The notes under the pieces were generated by a model. It saw nothing but the letters and a program-made list of their open reading frames with translations. It had not been told where the DNA came from and ran no database searches. Made by a program: the position numbers and the translations under genes. From a virus (taxonomy: Duplodnaviria; Heunggongvirae; Uroviricota; Caudoviricetes): a stretch of DNA of 64,000 bases. This document shows, one piece after another, positions 39,101-48,632 of this stretch (positions are counted from its first letter, which is position 1; each line of letters begins with the position of its first letter). The stretch lies in IMG/VR virus record IMGVR_UViG_3300017650_000009. One strand, written 5' to 3'.

Positions 39101-40134
39101 AATATGAATCCACAAACATTCGCAATGTAAAGGGACGAATTACAGGTTATGAACGTCAAGAGTTCAAGGACTGGCTTGTCGATTCACCAATTTTGACTCG
39201 TGAGGTTTTATTCCGACCTGGTGATCCAAACTTCGGTGCAGTTGATCAACTTGAACTATATGTGGTATCCGGACTAAACACACAGGCGTTTGATGAGTCT
39301 GGAAATGCAGCAACTATGGTAGAGATTCTAAAGGACTACCACAAGCGCATGTATTTGACATATGGTCCACTCACATATGCACCGGTTTATGATCCATCCG
39401 GCTCATATATTTGTGATGTAATTTATTTCAGTCTAGTGGATCCACAAGCCAAAGCTGGTGGATTTAATGCTGATGGTTCTGAACAGGTCCTAACTTTGCC
39501 ACAGAGTCATCCATATGATCCGGATCTTTGGGACGCACAAACTGGTGAATCGCGTTTCTATCCGAATAGTCTGGGTAATGCGCGTGAAGATTTGATATCA
39601 ACAGTTGATGGTCGTTTGGGCTTTGGACTTGCTGGTGAAGAAGGCATGCCAATGTGGATGAGAACTACGAGTAATCCACGTAATACGAATTTGAAACCAC
39701 GCGGATATACTCCTGCTATCATCCTCGCTTATGTGAAACCAGGTAAGGGATTGCAAGTTTCTAACCAACTTGCGTTACGTGGACTCACAAAGCAATTCCA
39801 AGGCCGTGAACTTATATTGGATCGCTATTACGTGAGTAATAGCTTGATCGCGGCATTGACAACGTTTGATGACAATTTGACTACGTTTGATGTTCCTGGT
39901 ATTCCATTCACATGTGTAAAGCCGGTGTTCTGTGCTTGGGATCCAAATACCGAAACACAAACATGTGATCCACAAGCCGGACAAATTACAGCTTGTGACG
40001 TTCCTGAGAGCACAACAGATGCTCCAACCCAGTTTGATGTTGGCACAACCGAACTTGGTAAATATTATAAATTCAACGACGACGTTCGTATTCTCCGTGA
40101 TCGAGGATATCCAGAACCAGAAGATAATAGGTAA
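36181..40134 (+). CDS. Subtilisin (S8) protease fused to Ig-like repeats; probable baseplate/virion protein
   Basis: Triad motifs VLDNGV, HGTHVA, SGTSMAAPHVAG; N-terminal I9-like prodomain; 'LPxGL....G.I.G' He_PIG-like repeats. Confidence 0.85.
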   Translation: MQDRQRHHIIVDSKENVPTVLEQLKQSSLTDLKTWVAFPLLISASLTKAQVDWLKRHPMISFVEPNSAVYLHADPKQYEIKPQPGADLQDIRASLFEQFDIELWQFDDLPDVLFTTLDEDSYTRLSMQIQQGNFPDILSLRESINPVREFTRVLNLDRYNWGIERISHRNTRLFERVSFTQTGENVNVFVLDNGVQSNHDELRGRVSPQRYDAFRDMSDPLYGEPSTSTSMDGSQITFDDHGTHVASIIAGSTVGVAPSATIYSVRVFSNDSEEPTTINDILLAVEWTITMHTTIGGASIVNMSFGIQDAVIGNMYVSDLITQALINVGIITVVSAGNDATDAFFTKPAGAGAKREVRQEGQKYFLDTIIDPAIKPITVGASVSPRSTARNTDGVWSKSNWGDVVDIFAPGVNIFAASLQQVGDSIDLNRTSAYAVKSGTSMAAPHVAGICALHLSKDPTLTHQQMRELIIEQATKNPFNIAETRHTRVDPVRYRQVGSQVVPYVFENTTMYSPNRLAFAWFTLSRFNWTDQSYTLEVDEHQRLEAKISASSTNYYGDNELVDYEITQLDVPVEYPLGFPLNFTSTEYVSTDGNIVENINVLNLRIDAPSVPETRIGSFEIQAYDGRVRGFRRLTIQTNNVPAPPVWQSPAAGELFATPKHKGDVFAQSTLEFVATQEDNLPITYTIIPLNGSLPLGLNLRQDQVGNKSYLSGTIVSLPYSQEPIKYEFLIRATAGNGLIAERLFTLTCEYQNSIHYFNPDWLVGFYEIEPSILMMPPARIGNTYYQAIDVVNEDNDVLTYAIDFVPGIVEGPGVFNGRLPTGLGIFADGSIRGIVDPTVVLGLYYIRLTVTDVEGNEIAQNFRITVEIGDDDVLQESDQIIWVTPPGSIGNIYETFPSHVLVEAINPEGTPVVYSVSPNGGPLPDGLTVQSTTGYIMGFAPFVSADTTYTFAIRATVGARYVDRTFSITILNQYESTNIRNVKGRITGYERQEFKDWLVDSPILTREVLFRPGDPNFGAVDQLELYVVSGLNTQAFDESGNAATMVEILKDYHKRMYLTYGPLTYAPVYDPSGSYICDVIYFSLVDPQAKAGGFNADGSEQVLTLPQSHPYDPDLWDAQTGESRFYPNSLGNAREDLISTVDGRLGFGLAGEEGMPMWMRTTSNPRNTNLKPRGYTPAIILAYVKPGKGLQVSNQLALRGLTKQFQGRELILDRYYVSNSLIAALTTFDDNLTTFDVPGIPFTCVKPVFCAWDPNTETQTCDPQAGQITACDVPESTTDAPTQFDVGTTELGKYYKFNDDVRILRDRGYPEPEDNR

Positions 40135-40139
40135 CATCG

Positions 40140-42872
40140 ATGACTTCAAAGATTATCGTTAATTCAGTTCTAAATGGCTATAAACCGAATTTTCCGGTTG
40201 AGGGTAAAAATCAACCTTCACAGCCATTTCGTGATAACTTCTCGATTATTAAAAAATCGATTGACATCCTAGCTGAGGAAGTAGGCTTTCTTCATACAAA
40301 GCGAATCACAATTGAAGGTGATGCCACTGGTACAAGTGGGGCTTTAGGAAGTTCTGCGGCCCAACCTGGTGCCATTAACTTGGTTCTAGCGGATACCGGT
40401 GTTACGGCCGGTGATTATGATACAACAAATAATAATCTGAAACTAACTGTTGATTCAAAAGGTCGTATTACTGCGGCAGTTATCGATCCTATAGCTACTA
40501 GACCAAACGTAGCAAAGGTTGTAACTCCTAGTGTTACACTTAATCCACAAGGCAATGCTACGGAACTCAAGTTTGCTTCAATGGAATTTGACGAATACGG
40601 TACACTCGTTGACCTTCAAGAGGATGCAATTGTTGCACCTATTGGTCTCAAGGGTCACGAGTTACCGCGCGGTTCTCTGGTTGTAGGTGGAATTTCGGAT
40701 GAGTCGGACATTCTTCCACCACCATCAATCAGTTTCAACCCATTAGACACTTATGTTTTGGCTTGGCGTCCAACAACTGGTAATCCGACCGCACTTCAGT
40801 GGGTTAAACTTCCTGATGCTGTTGCACCATCAAATGCAAAAGTTGTTTCAGTCAAAGCTGGCGTTGGTATTCACGTTGATACTGATATTGAGAATCCTAC
40901 TGTTAGTTTTGAAACCACAACTATTCCTAGCTATCCAACTAACTTGCCTATCCAAACGGATGCGCAACTTGTTATGTTCGATCCGACAACCAATACAGAT
41001 TATAAGGTTGACGTAACACGTATTACTTCTGGTGCAGTACCAACTGGATTCTTACGTGCGGTTAAGGATGACTTGAATCCCGAACTCGGCGGCGATCTTT
41101 ACTTGGCTAGTAAGAAAATCAAGGGTAATGCTGTAAACGGTATCAAGCTACAAGTACCGGATGCTGGGCAATTCATATTGTCTCATTTGGATCTAACTGA
41201 TCCAAGTATCCCAGTTGAAACAGTTCAATATTTGCCAGCAAAGCCTCCGGTATTCACACAAGCAGAAATAGATGCAGGTGCCAATGCATTCATGAAGATC
41301 GGCCCATCCGGTTACATGTATTGGGATAAGACCCAGATGTCTAGTGGTGGCATCAAACAGATTAATGCAGGACCAGGTATTTCAACTACTCCGATTGGCC
41401 AAATCAACGATACTGGTTCTGTTCGTGTTGATATGGCAGCTTTGCCCGTACAGGTTCCAGACGTATTCAGTGATTACGTCATGCTACAGGATGCGAACAA
41501 CACTTTGTATCGCAATACTTTGAACACTGTAAGCTTGAATCTTCCTAACGTCACAGTAGTTGATCCACAATATGGATCCGATGACCCACATCCAGCTCGT
41601 GGTCAGCTTGGAACCCCATATCGTACAATTAATCGTGCAATTCAATCGCGTCCCGATGATATCACACAAATTAGTTCGATCCTATTGTTGCCTGGTGAGT
41701 ATGTAGAAAATGTGATGATTGATCGTGCTAACATTCAGATTCAAGGACTCTTGGGTCCCGAACAAACAACAATTAAGGGCGAGATCACGTTTGATGCGTA
41801 TCAGTATGGTCAGAATGTTTTGCGTGGTATCAATTTTGATATATCTGCAATGCCAACAGTTCCTGATCGTATTTTGACTGCTATCACGGGCATTGGTGAA
41901 CTCACAGTTGAAAATTGTTATTTCTATCGTGAAGGAACCGACTATAAGCGTTTGCTAGAGATTGTTCGTTTTGCTGGAAATCAACAGGACGCAGTTGTAT
42001 TCAACAATTGCCGTTTCCATGGTATTATCTATAACGATTTCAACTTCGATGTTTCGAACGAATATGAAGATGGTAATGTTATCATCACAAATACTGTTGG
42101 TTCTGAAACATACATGCTCAGCGTTGTTACTGGTCCTAACTCGTTAACTAAAATTACCAATGCCAATTATATGTGTCAAGTAAGACATCTGGGTGGTACT
42201 CTAGAACTTGCTAACATTGGAATGATGCAGGGTGATTTCGCAGATGAAATATGGGATGCAATTGATCCAGAAGTTGATGATCCAGAGGACATGGGCAACA
42301 TTCGTATTGGTGTGTTAAGTACCGCAAATACGAATGCTAGAAATCTTTTGATTATGACCAACGTAAGCATGGGCTTCACAGGATCCTATTACAAGTATAA
42401 GGCTAGCTCAATCACCAAGACCGGTACATGCCAGTATTCCTTTAACAATGTAGATCGTATGCCGCGTCTAGATACTATCAATGGTACGAGATACAAATAC
42501 GGTGGAACACCAGGTGTTGATATTCCTGAAACCGTACACACGGAGACTCAAGTGAGTGGAACATTCGACGCATATATTAGTCGTTCTCGTACTTGGGATC
42601 TTAAACTAACAGGAAACGCAACGATTAATTTGGTTGAGGATTTCTATGCCACTGATACTTATATCCCTGGAGCGTATGCAAATAGTGTAACAATTCTAGT
42701 ACGTCAGGGCGCATCAAACTTCACCGTAAGTTTTGCAGCTTCAGGTGGTATTATTTGGCCGGATGGTGCGGGACAACCCGCAATGGCTAGTGGTCCTGAT
42801 AAAGTATCACTCTATACGTTCCTACGTGTAGGTTCAACTTGGATGGGTTCACGTACATTTAATCAGGTATAA
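40140..42872 (+). CDS. Tail fibre/spike-like protein with beta-helix region
   Basis: N-terminal NFPV.G...SQ.FRDNF; 'GVTAGDY..LTVDSKGRIT' fibre motif; 'PYRTINRAI..LLPGEY' pectin-lyase-like start; C-terminal 'IIWPDG..P'. Confidence 0.75.
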   Translation: MTSKIIVNSVLNGYKPNFPVEGKNQPSQPFRDNFSIIKKSIDILAEEVGFLHTKRITIEGDATGTSGALGSSAAQPGAINLVLADTGVTAGDYDTTNNNLKLTVDSKGRITAAVIDPIATRPNVAKVVTPSVTLNPQGNATELKFASMEFDEYGTLVDLQEDAIVAPIGLKGHELPRGSLVVGGISDESDILPPPSISFNPLDTYVLAWRPTTGNPTALQWVKLPDAVAPSNAKVVSVKAGVGIHVDTDIENPTVSFETTTIPSYPTNLPIQTDAQLVMFDPTTNTDYKVDVTRITSGAVPTGFLRAVKDDLNPELGGDLYLASKKIKGNAVNGIKLQVPDAGQFILSHLDLTDPSIPVETVQYLPAKPPVFTQAEIDAGANAFMKIGPSGYMYWDKTQMSSGGIKQINAGPGISTTPIGQINDTGSVRVDMAALPVQVPDVFSDYVMLQDANNTLYRNTLNTVSLNLPNVTVVDPQYGSDDPHPARGQLGTPYRTINRAIQSRPDDITQISSILLLPGEYVENVMIDRANIQIQGLLGPEQTTIKGEITFDAYQYGQNVLRGINFDISAMPTVPDRILTAITGIGELTVENCYFYREGTDYKRLLEIVRFAGNQQDAVVFNNCRFHGIIYNDFNFDVSNEYEDGNVIITNTVGSETYMLSVVTGPNSLTKITNANYMCQVRHLGGTLELANIGMMQGDFADEIWDAIDPEVDDPEDMGNIRIGVLSTANTNARNLLIMTNVSMGFTGSYYKYKASSITKTGTCQYSFNNVDRMPRLDTINGTRYKYGGTPGVDIPETVHTETQVSGTFDAYISRSRTWDLKLTGNATINLVEDFYATDTYIPGAYANSVTILVRQGASNFTVSFAASGGIIWPDGAGQPAMASGPDKVSLYTFLRVGSTWMGSRTFNQV

Positions 42873-42873
42873 A

Positions 42874-44358
42874 ATGAGAGATGGTTTCTTTTTCCGTGCA
42901 TTACGTATGGGCAATAGTTTGGACTCATACGTGGGTCAGTTTTGTAATGTAGAGAATGGGCTAGTTAATGACGTCCACTCTCTTAACCAAGGCAGAACCG
43001 CTAAGGCTTTCTATGGACAAGTTGCACAGAAATATACCGGTCCTGATGCTGAACCAGAAATAATTATGTTTCGTTGGTACCGAAACACATTGAACAAGTC
43101 TTTGAGTCTTATTGTGGTATGTTCAGATGGCTCACAAAATGCACCATCCGGTTCCGTACAAATGACTCTTTCCGGATTCAATGCAAGTTCTACACTTGAG
43201 GAAACAAACGGCACTGTAACTAAAAATGGTGGTACCTATACTGCGAATCTATCATGGTCCAGTGTTTTAACGGCTGGCTTTGTAATATCGAATGTGGATT
43301 TATCCGTTATCGATAACATTGCGATAAATTTTATCTCAATGAGTGGTGTGAGATATCTCAAAGTTCAAACACTCCCCAATACATTCGTTCGTGTAAAATA
43401 TGATAAACTCCCAATTCTTCGTACACCATCATTGGTTTCTAATTGTGAGCGATTTGTATATCCGGATGGGCAAGCATACATCGTAAATACAGCTCAGGAA
43501 TTAGCTGATGCGATTGCGACAATTACACCACCAACCCAAAGTCAGATTTTCGCACAATGGGGACGTTTTGCTGGTAATGACTGGTATCCAAGTGGTACCA
43601 CACCTGGCGGAGAAGCCGCAAGCTGGGTGTATGATCAAAATTTAGATCGCATCAGTACAACTGTTAACTCATCCAATTACATTGGTTTTGTGAGTCTAGA
43701 GGAACTAGCCTACTATGAGTTCATTGTTCGCATGTCGTCTGATAACGCTGACGATGATCAGATCAGTATGGTTATCGCGTATGCTTTGAATGAACAAAAC
43801 ATACCTTGTTCACTGACAATTGTTCGTAATAATGGCGGTTGGCTATTCCCGGGGAGGTCATGGCTACTAGTGGAATTTGTAGGAAATACCCCGACAGTCA
43901 TTATCGATGCATCAGATGCAATGCCTAGGGTATTTCAGAATCCTGATGAACAAGGCTGGGCTGCATCATTACAAACGGTTGTTCGAGTCAAACGTGTTAA
44001 AAATCATGTTACTCTCCAATGTAGTGAATTTGGTTCAGAAACGTTATCCCCGGCAAGCACGATTGAATATGATATCCCAGAGAACTCGCTCTACTATAAT
44101 AAGAAACCATATGGTGTTTCCTGTTTCAGTCAACAGAACAGCACGTATGATATTCTGTTCTTCGAAGGTGGATTGAATCAAAATTTGATCTGGGATGTAA
44201 CTCAGACTCCTCCTCTTGCGTATGTTTATGAAAACGGAACATGGACGCCAAATCCATCCCTTGATATGTTTTGGGAAGTGGGCGAACCACGCACAATGGA
44301 AAATCCTCTAACTGAAAAGACTTATTATTTGGACGGTACGACAATATCACAGGTATAG
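42874..44358 (+). CDS. Virion structural protein with lectin-like (TSP_C-like) domain
   Basis: 'NADDDQISMVIAY' motif; position in the structural operon. Confidence 0.6.
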   Translation: MRDGFFFRALRMGNSLDSYVGQFCNVENGLVNDVHSLNQGRTAKAFYGQVAQKYTGPDAEPEIIMFRWYRNTLNKSLSLIVVCSDGSQNAPSGSVQMTLSGFNASSTLEETNGTVTKNGGTYTANLSWSSVLTAGFVISNVDLSVIDNIAINFISMSGVRYLKVQTLPNTFVRVKYDKLPILRTPSLVSNCERFVYPDGQAYIVNTAQELADAIATITPPTQSQIFAQWGRFAGNDWYPSGTTPGGEAASWVYDQNLDRISTTVNSSNYIGFVSLEELAYYEFIVRMSSDNADDDQISMVIAYALNEQNIPCSLTIVRNNGGWLFPGRSWLLVEFVGNTPTVIIDASDAMPRVFQNPDEQGWAASLQTVVRVKRVKNHVTLQCSEFGSETLSPASTIEYDIPENSLYYNKKPYGVSCFSQQNSTYDILFFEGGLNQNLIWDVTQTPPLAYVYENGTWTPNPSLDMFWEVGEPRTMENPLTEKTYYLDGTTISQV

Positions 44359-44451
44359 TCCATTTGTATCTGATTTAATAACATAACTTAGCTTGCAACC
44401 TCACCAGTGTAAATATCAGTGAGCAGTTTTTGTAAGTATAGGTTTCGTGTT

Positions 44452-44715
44452 ATGGCAGTAATACCGTTTCCCTTAGCTACTCAGGCTAAACGTAATAGTA
44501 GACAAAAACTTAAATTGGAGTCACCTCACGTCACTCATAACCGACTTGTTTTGGGAGGTTGGAATTTTGAGTGCACTCGTTGTGATGCGCAAATAACTTT
44601 TGACACCACAGCTATGGTGTTCAGAAAGCTGGAATTCTATTGCACAAGTTGTGGTGCCCTTCATACGGTATCGAATCCTGCTTTTGTAGCACCTCCCGCT
44701 CCAAAGAATAAATAA
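44452..44715 (+). CDS. Small zinc-ribbon protein
   Basis: CTRC...CTSC; TAAATA box at 44410. Confidence 0.65.
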   Translation: MAVIPFPLATQAKRNSRQKLKLESPHVTHNRLVLGGWNFECTRCDAQITFDTTAMVFRKLEFYCTSCGALHTVSNPAFVAPPAPKNK

Positions 44716-44750
44716 CAACATATGCAAGTTTCATCAGGAGCGCAGGAAAA

Positions 44751-46490
44751 ATGAGTACAATCGACAAATACGGCATTCAGTATGGTACTGGTGAATTGTT
44801 CCCACTTAACGATCAAGGTCGCGGTACTGAGTCCCCAGAAGAAGTTACACAGCGTCGCAACCGCGGTGGTCAGGGCGAAGCACCTGTTACCGGCGGATCA
44901 ACAGGCGGTGGTGAGATCGATCCTAATAACCCAAATTGGGGCCAGGACCTTTTGAATTCAATTCACATGGCTAATTTGGGCACAGGCGCAGGCGTTTATG
45001 CACGTCGCGAATCAAACACATTCTATTTTAAATCTATCCACGGTGAAGATAGCATCACTGTTCGTAGCACACCAGAAGGTATCTTCATTGGTGGTTCAGC
45101 TACGGCTTGTTTGCCTCCTATGGATCAATATTTTGCCACTGAAGCTGAGTTCGAAGCTTCTGATTGGGGCAAATACTTGCGTATTAAGGCTGACGGCACT
45201 GGTCTAGAATACGTTGACGTTCAGGGTGGATCCGGTACTATTGTTACTGAAGATTCCACAAGCGTTACCCTAACCGGTGACGGCGATGCTGCAACTCCAT
45301 TGAAGGCAGAAGTTGCTATTTCTGCAGATGCGAATAATGCTCTTTCTGTTAATTCAGATGGTCTATTTGCTGTTATGGGTGCAGAAGGACCAGCTGGTCA
45401 GGATGGCGCGGATGGTGCAGACGGTAAGTCCGCATATGAACTAGCTGTTGAATCTGGCTTTGTTGGCACCGAAGCAGAATGGCTTGCATCGCTTAAGGGC
45501 GAAAAGGGTGACCAGGGCGAAGAAGGACCACAGGGTCCTGCTGGTACAACACTTGAATTCAAGGGCGCTGTTGATAATTTCGCAAATCTTCCACAGACTG
45601 GTAATAACGAAGGTGATGCTTGGATCGCAGGTTCCCACGTTTATGTTTGGACTAATGGTGCATGGGTAGATGGCGGCGAAATCAAAGGCGAAAAGGGCGA
45701 TAAAGGTGACAAGGGAGACAAGGGCGATACTGGTGATACTGGTGATACAGGTGCTGCTGGAAAGTCTGCTTATGAAGTTGCTGTCGATGCTGGATTCGTT
45801 GGTACTGAAGCCGAATGGCTAGCTTCGCTCAAGGGAGCAAAAGGTGAGCAGGGCGAACAAGGTATCCAGGGCCTGAAGGGCGATAAGGGCGATAAGGGCG
45901 ACAAAGGTGATACTGGTGACACCGGTGCTGGTGTTCCTGTAGGCGGTACAACTGGGCAAGTTCTTGCTAAGAGCTCTAATGCCGATTTTGCTACTCAGTG
46001 GATCAATGCAGGGTCTGGTGGTGCTTCTAAGTTCACGGATCTCTCTGATGTTCCACAGGCATACACTGGCCAGGCAGGTAAAGTTCTAGCTGTTAATTCA
46101 GGAGCTACTGGTCTTGAGTTTGTAACTGGTGGCGGAAGTGCATCACTTGACGTAAAAACATTTAGAATTAATTTCGCAGGAGCAAATGCATCTGATACTC
46201 AGGATGTGCCTGAAGGCTGGTTGGTTGAATTTAGTGGTGTTAACAATTCCGCTATGAAAGTTACAATGGATACAGCTCGTCCAATAGTTTCAGTTGTGGC
46301 TTATGGTTATCAACCATCTATTGGCGCTCCTAATCCTATAAATGCTGGGTTCAGTAAGAAAGTCCTAGACAGTAACATTTTCTTCACAAGTATTCATGGT
46401 AATGTTTTTGCTATGGCTGGTGGTGTAGCCGCTTCGCCAATGGGCGCAGCCAGTGGTAGCTATTGTATCATTGAAGTAACATTACGTTAA
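44751..46490 (+). CDS. Collagen-like tail fibre protein
   Basis: GXY repeats; two copies of GKSAYE.AV..GFVGTEAEWLASLKG; GGTTGQVLAK; TAAATA at 44709. Confidence 0.85.
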   Translation: MSTIDKYGIQYGTGELFPLNDQGRGTESPEEVTQRRNRGGQGEAPVTGGSTGGGEIDPNNPNWGQDLLNSIHMANLGTGAGVYARRESNTFYFKSIHGEDSITVRSTPEGIFIGGSATACLPPMDQYFATEAEFEASDWGKYLRIKADGTGLEYVDVQGGSGTIVTEDSTSVTLTGDGDAATPLKAEVAISADANNALSVNSDGLFAVMGAEGPAGQDGADGADGKSAYELAVESGFVGTEAEWLASLKGEKGDQGEEGPQGPAGTTLEFKGAVDNFANLPQTGNNEGDAWIAGSHVYVWTNGAWVDGGEIKGEKGDKGDKGDKGDTGDTGDTGAAGKSAYEVAVDAGFVGTEAEWLASLKGAKGEQGEQGIQGLKGDKGDKGDKGDTGDTGAGVPVGGTTGQVLAKSSNADFATQWINAGSGGASKFTDLSDVPQAYTGQAGKVLAVNSGATGLEFVTGGGSASLDVKTFRINFAGANASDTQDVPEGWLVEFSGVNNSAMKVTMDTARPIVSVVAYGYQPSIGAPNPINAGFSKKVLDSNIFFTSIHGNVFAMAGGVAASPMGAASGSYCIIEVTLR

Positions 46491-46502
46491 TAGGAGTTGA
46501 AT

Positions 46503-48623
46503 ATGGCTTTAGTGTTGCCAGCGCGTTGTCTAGTGGGTAATTTAACAATACTATACCCACTAGAATACAATGATGATTCAGCTAATCCTGCTTACAATGC
46601 CGCCTTTAAATGGGCGGCATCAATCGAAGTATTCCCCCAATCTCTTGGTATTCCTACTGAAAAATGGTCATATAATTATGATATTAATGATGTTGAAGTG
46701 GGTGATTGGCTTTTTAGTTCAGATGATGGTAAGGCATTAAAGCTTGTAGAAATCACATCGATTGATAACACGGTTCTACAAGTAGTATTAGAGGATATTG
46801 GTTCTTACAATGCAATGTGTGATATTTCATTGCAATTAGATGGAACTATTCCTGATGGTCCTTGTGTAATTTTCACTTTAGATAGTTTTGGATTACCAGT
46901 TCTTGGACCATTGTCTTCGGGTATTTTTCAAGATATTGCTCAGGACAATCTAGTTGCTCGCTTTAATCATATTGCTAATTATGACATGGGAAGTGGCGAT
47001 GGTTCCTCTACTCTTGAGGAACTCCCGACGGGATCTTATGACGCTGGTGCAGTCATGGGATGGCAGCCAACTGAAACTCTTAAGGACGAAGCTATTAGTG
47101 ATCTGAACGTAATGTTCAGAAAAATCCTTCCCGACGCTTACAACAATTTGTCTGACACAAAAGCATTCTTCAGCGAAGATGATAAAAATGGTCGTAAATT
47201 TGTTCTTGCAGCTGGAACGATCGAGCATTTCGATTCCTCATATGCTCCAGTAGCCGGAGATATAGTTGAAGTAGCAGGTTTTACAACTGCCACAACTACA
47301 ATCGAATCCGCACAATTTGCTAATGGACAACGAACCCTAGCAGTTGCTGGTCCCGGCCATATTGGTAAACTAACTTATAGTGTGAACGGAACTCAACGCG
47401 CTGAGAAGACGTTGTCATGGGCTTCCAACGTCGGCAATAATGGTGGTCTAAACATTTTATCCGATCAAGAAGTTACTGAACATAAAGATGTTTGGAAAGC
47501 TCTATCAATCCAGTTAACCGGGCCATTCGGTGATGGTTCAAACCAGCTGAAGTTAACTCATTCAATCTCCGGAACTCTTACAAAGAATTTCGTAGTTGAT
47601 GAAACAAATAAAGTTCCAACGATCACTAGTGTTAGTTTGGGTAACGCTGGATCAACTCCGGAGCTAAAAGTAATTAGTGGTATCCCACACTATTATAGAA
47701 ATCTTTCCGAACTGTTCATGCTCACAATGACCGGTACTAATTTGGTTTCTCGAACCTATCCGCTAGAGGATATTATGGGTGTTGAACTTGAGTTCACTAA
47801 TCCATTCAACACTAGCTATGATGCGGCAGACTTGACTTCGACCCCATTCGTAATCGATGCGGGTCCAATTAACGCAACAAATAAAATCATTGGTTTTGAT
47901 ATCATTGGTCTTCCTGAAGAAGAGCAACCGGTACGTGAAGCATTTGAAAGCAAGATAATCGCTTATGCTAATAATAGTTTCCGTACAATCACACGTGATA
48001 CAAATCAAACTATTCTGGTTTATGATGGTGATGGTCAGTTCATTGCTGAAACCCCATCCTCTAATAGCATGAACTATGGGTTGAAGCGTCAAGCAATGCC
48101 TACAGGTAGAACCCCTGTATTGGAGGCAATCGATTGGGCTACTGATTATGATAGTTCAACAGGTGGCGATACTAAAGCTCATGAAGCTGTTATTGCTGGT
48201 GGTGTAATCAAGCATTCTAAGACGAATTATTCAGTTGGATATTGGCCAGCTGGTCCTGATTACTCAACAAAGTCTGACACCCAATACATTAGTTTCAAGA
48301 CCCAGCTAAAAAGTAATCGTTTACGTTTGTCAATTGATGGAACATTTGAGGGAATCTCTATTATGCTTCCTGGTATTACAAACGAAATGCCTAATGCGAT
48401 AAATGGATGGTGGAACGGATCTAAGCAGGCTGACTTCCCTCAGACTCTTTGGCCTGGCCATGCATTGGCGAGTGATGGTTGCCTAGTAAGTTCATCGAAC
48501 GGAATATATGAATTTACATTCGGTAACATTAATAGCTCAAGCGCAACCGAACATATGGTGTTTATACGATTCGAATTGATCGCAGGACAATCCATTTCAG
48601 TTCTACAACTTATTGAATCATAA
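46503..48623 (+). CDS. Virion structural protein, C-terminal part paralogous to the next gene
   Basis: AGGAG RBS; SGIPHY, HEA.I.GG, PAGPDYS, NGW shared with 48633-50774. Confidence 0.7.
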   Translation: MALVLPARCLVGNLTILYPLEYNDDSANPAYNAAFKWAASIEVFPQSLGIPTEKWSYNYDINDVEVGDWLFSSDDGKALKLVEITSIDNTVLQVVLEDIGSYNAMCDISLQLDGTIPDGPCVIFTLDSFGLPVLGPLSSGIFQDIAQDNLVARFNHIANYDMGSGDGSSTLEELPTGSYDAGAVMGWQPTETLKDEAISDLNVMFRKILPDAYNNLSDTKAFFSEDDKNGRKFVLAAGTIEHFDSSYAPVAGDIVEVAGFTTATTTIESAQFANGQRTLAVAGPGHIGKLTYSVNGTQRAEKTLSWASNVGNNGGLNILSDQEVTEHKDVWKALSIQLTGPFGDGSNQLKLTHSISGTLTKNFVVDETNKVPTITSVSLGNAGSTPELKVISGIPHYYRNLSELFMLTMTGTNLVSRTYPLEDIMGVELEFTNPFNTSYDAADLTSTPFVIDAGPINATNKIIGFDIIGLPEEEQPVREAFESKIIAYANNSFRTITRDTNQTILVYDGDGQFIAETPSSNSMNYGLKRQAMPTGRTPVLEAIDWATDYDSSTGGDTKAHEAVIAGGVIKHSKTNYSVGYWPAGPDYSTKSDTQYISFKTQLKSNRLRLSIDGTFEGISIMLPGITNEMPNAINGWWNGSKQADFPQTLWPGHALASDGCLVSSSNGIYEFTFGNINSSSATEHMVFIRFELIAGQSISVLQLIES

Positions 48624-48632
48624 GGAGCGGCA

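Noticed and set aside
45380-45930. Short tandem DNA repeats (GGCGATAAG etc.) and a duplicated ~80-bp block
   Set aside because: Explained by collagen GXY coding and the duplicated GKSAYE module; not CRISPR or DGR
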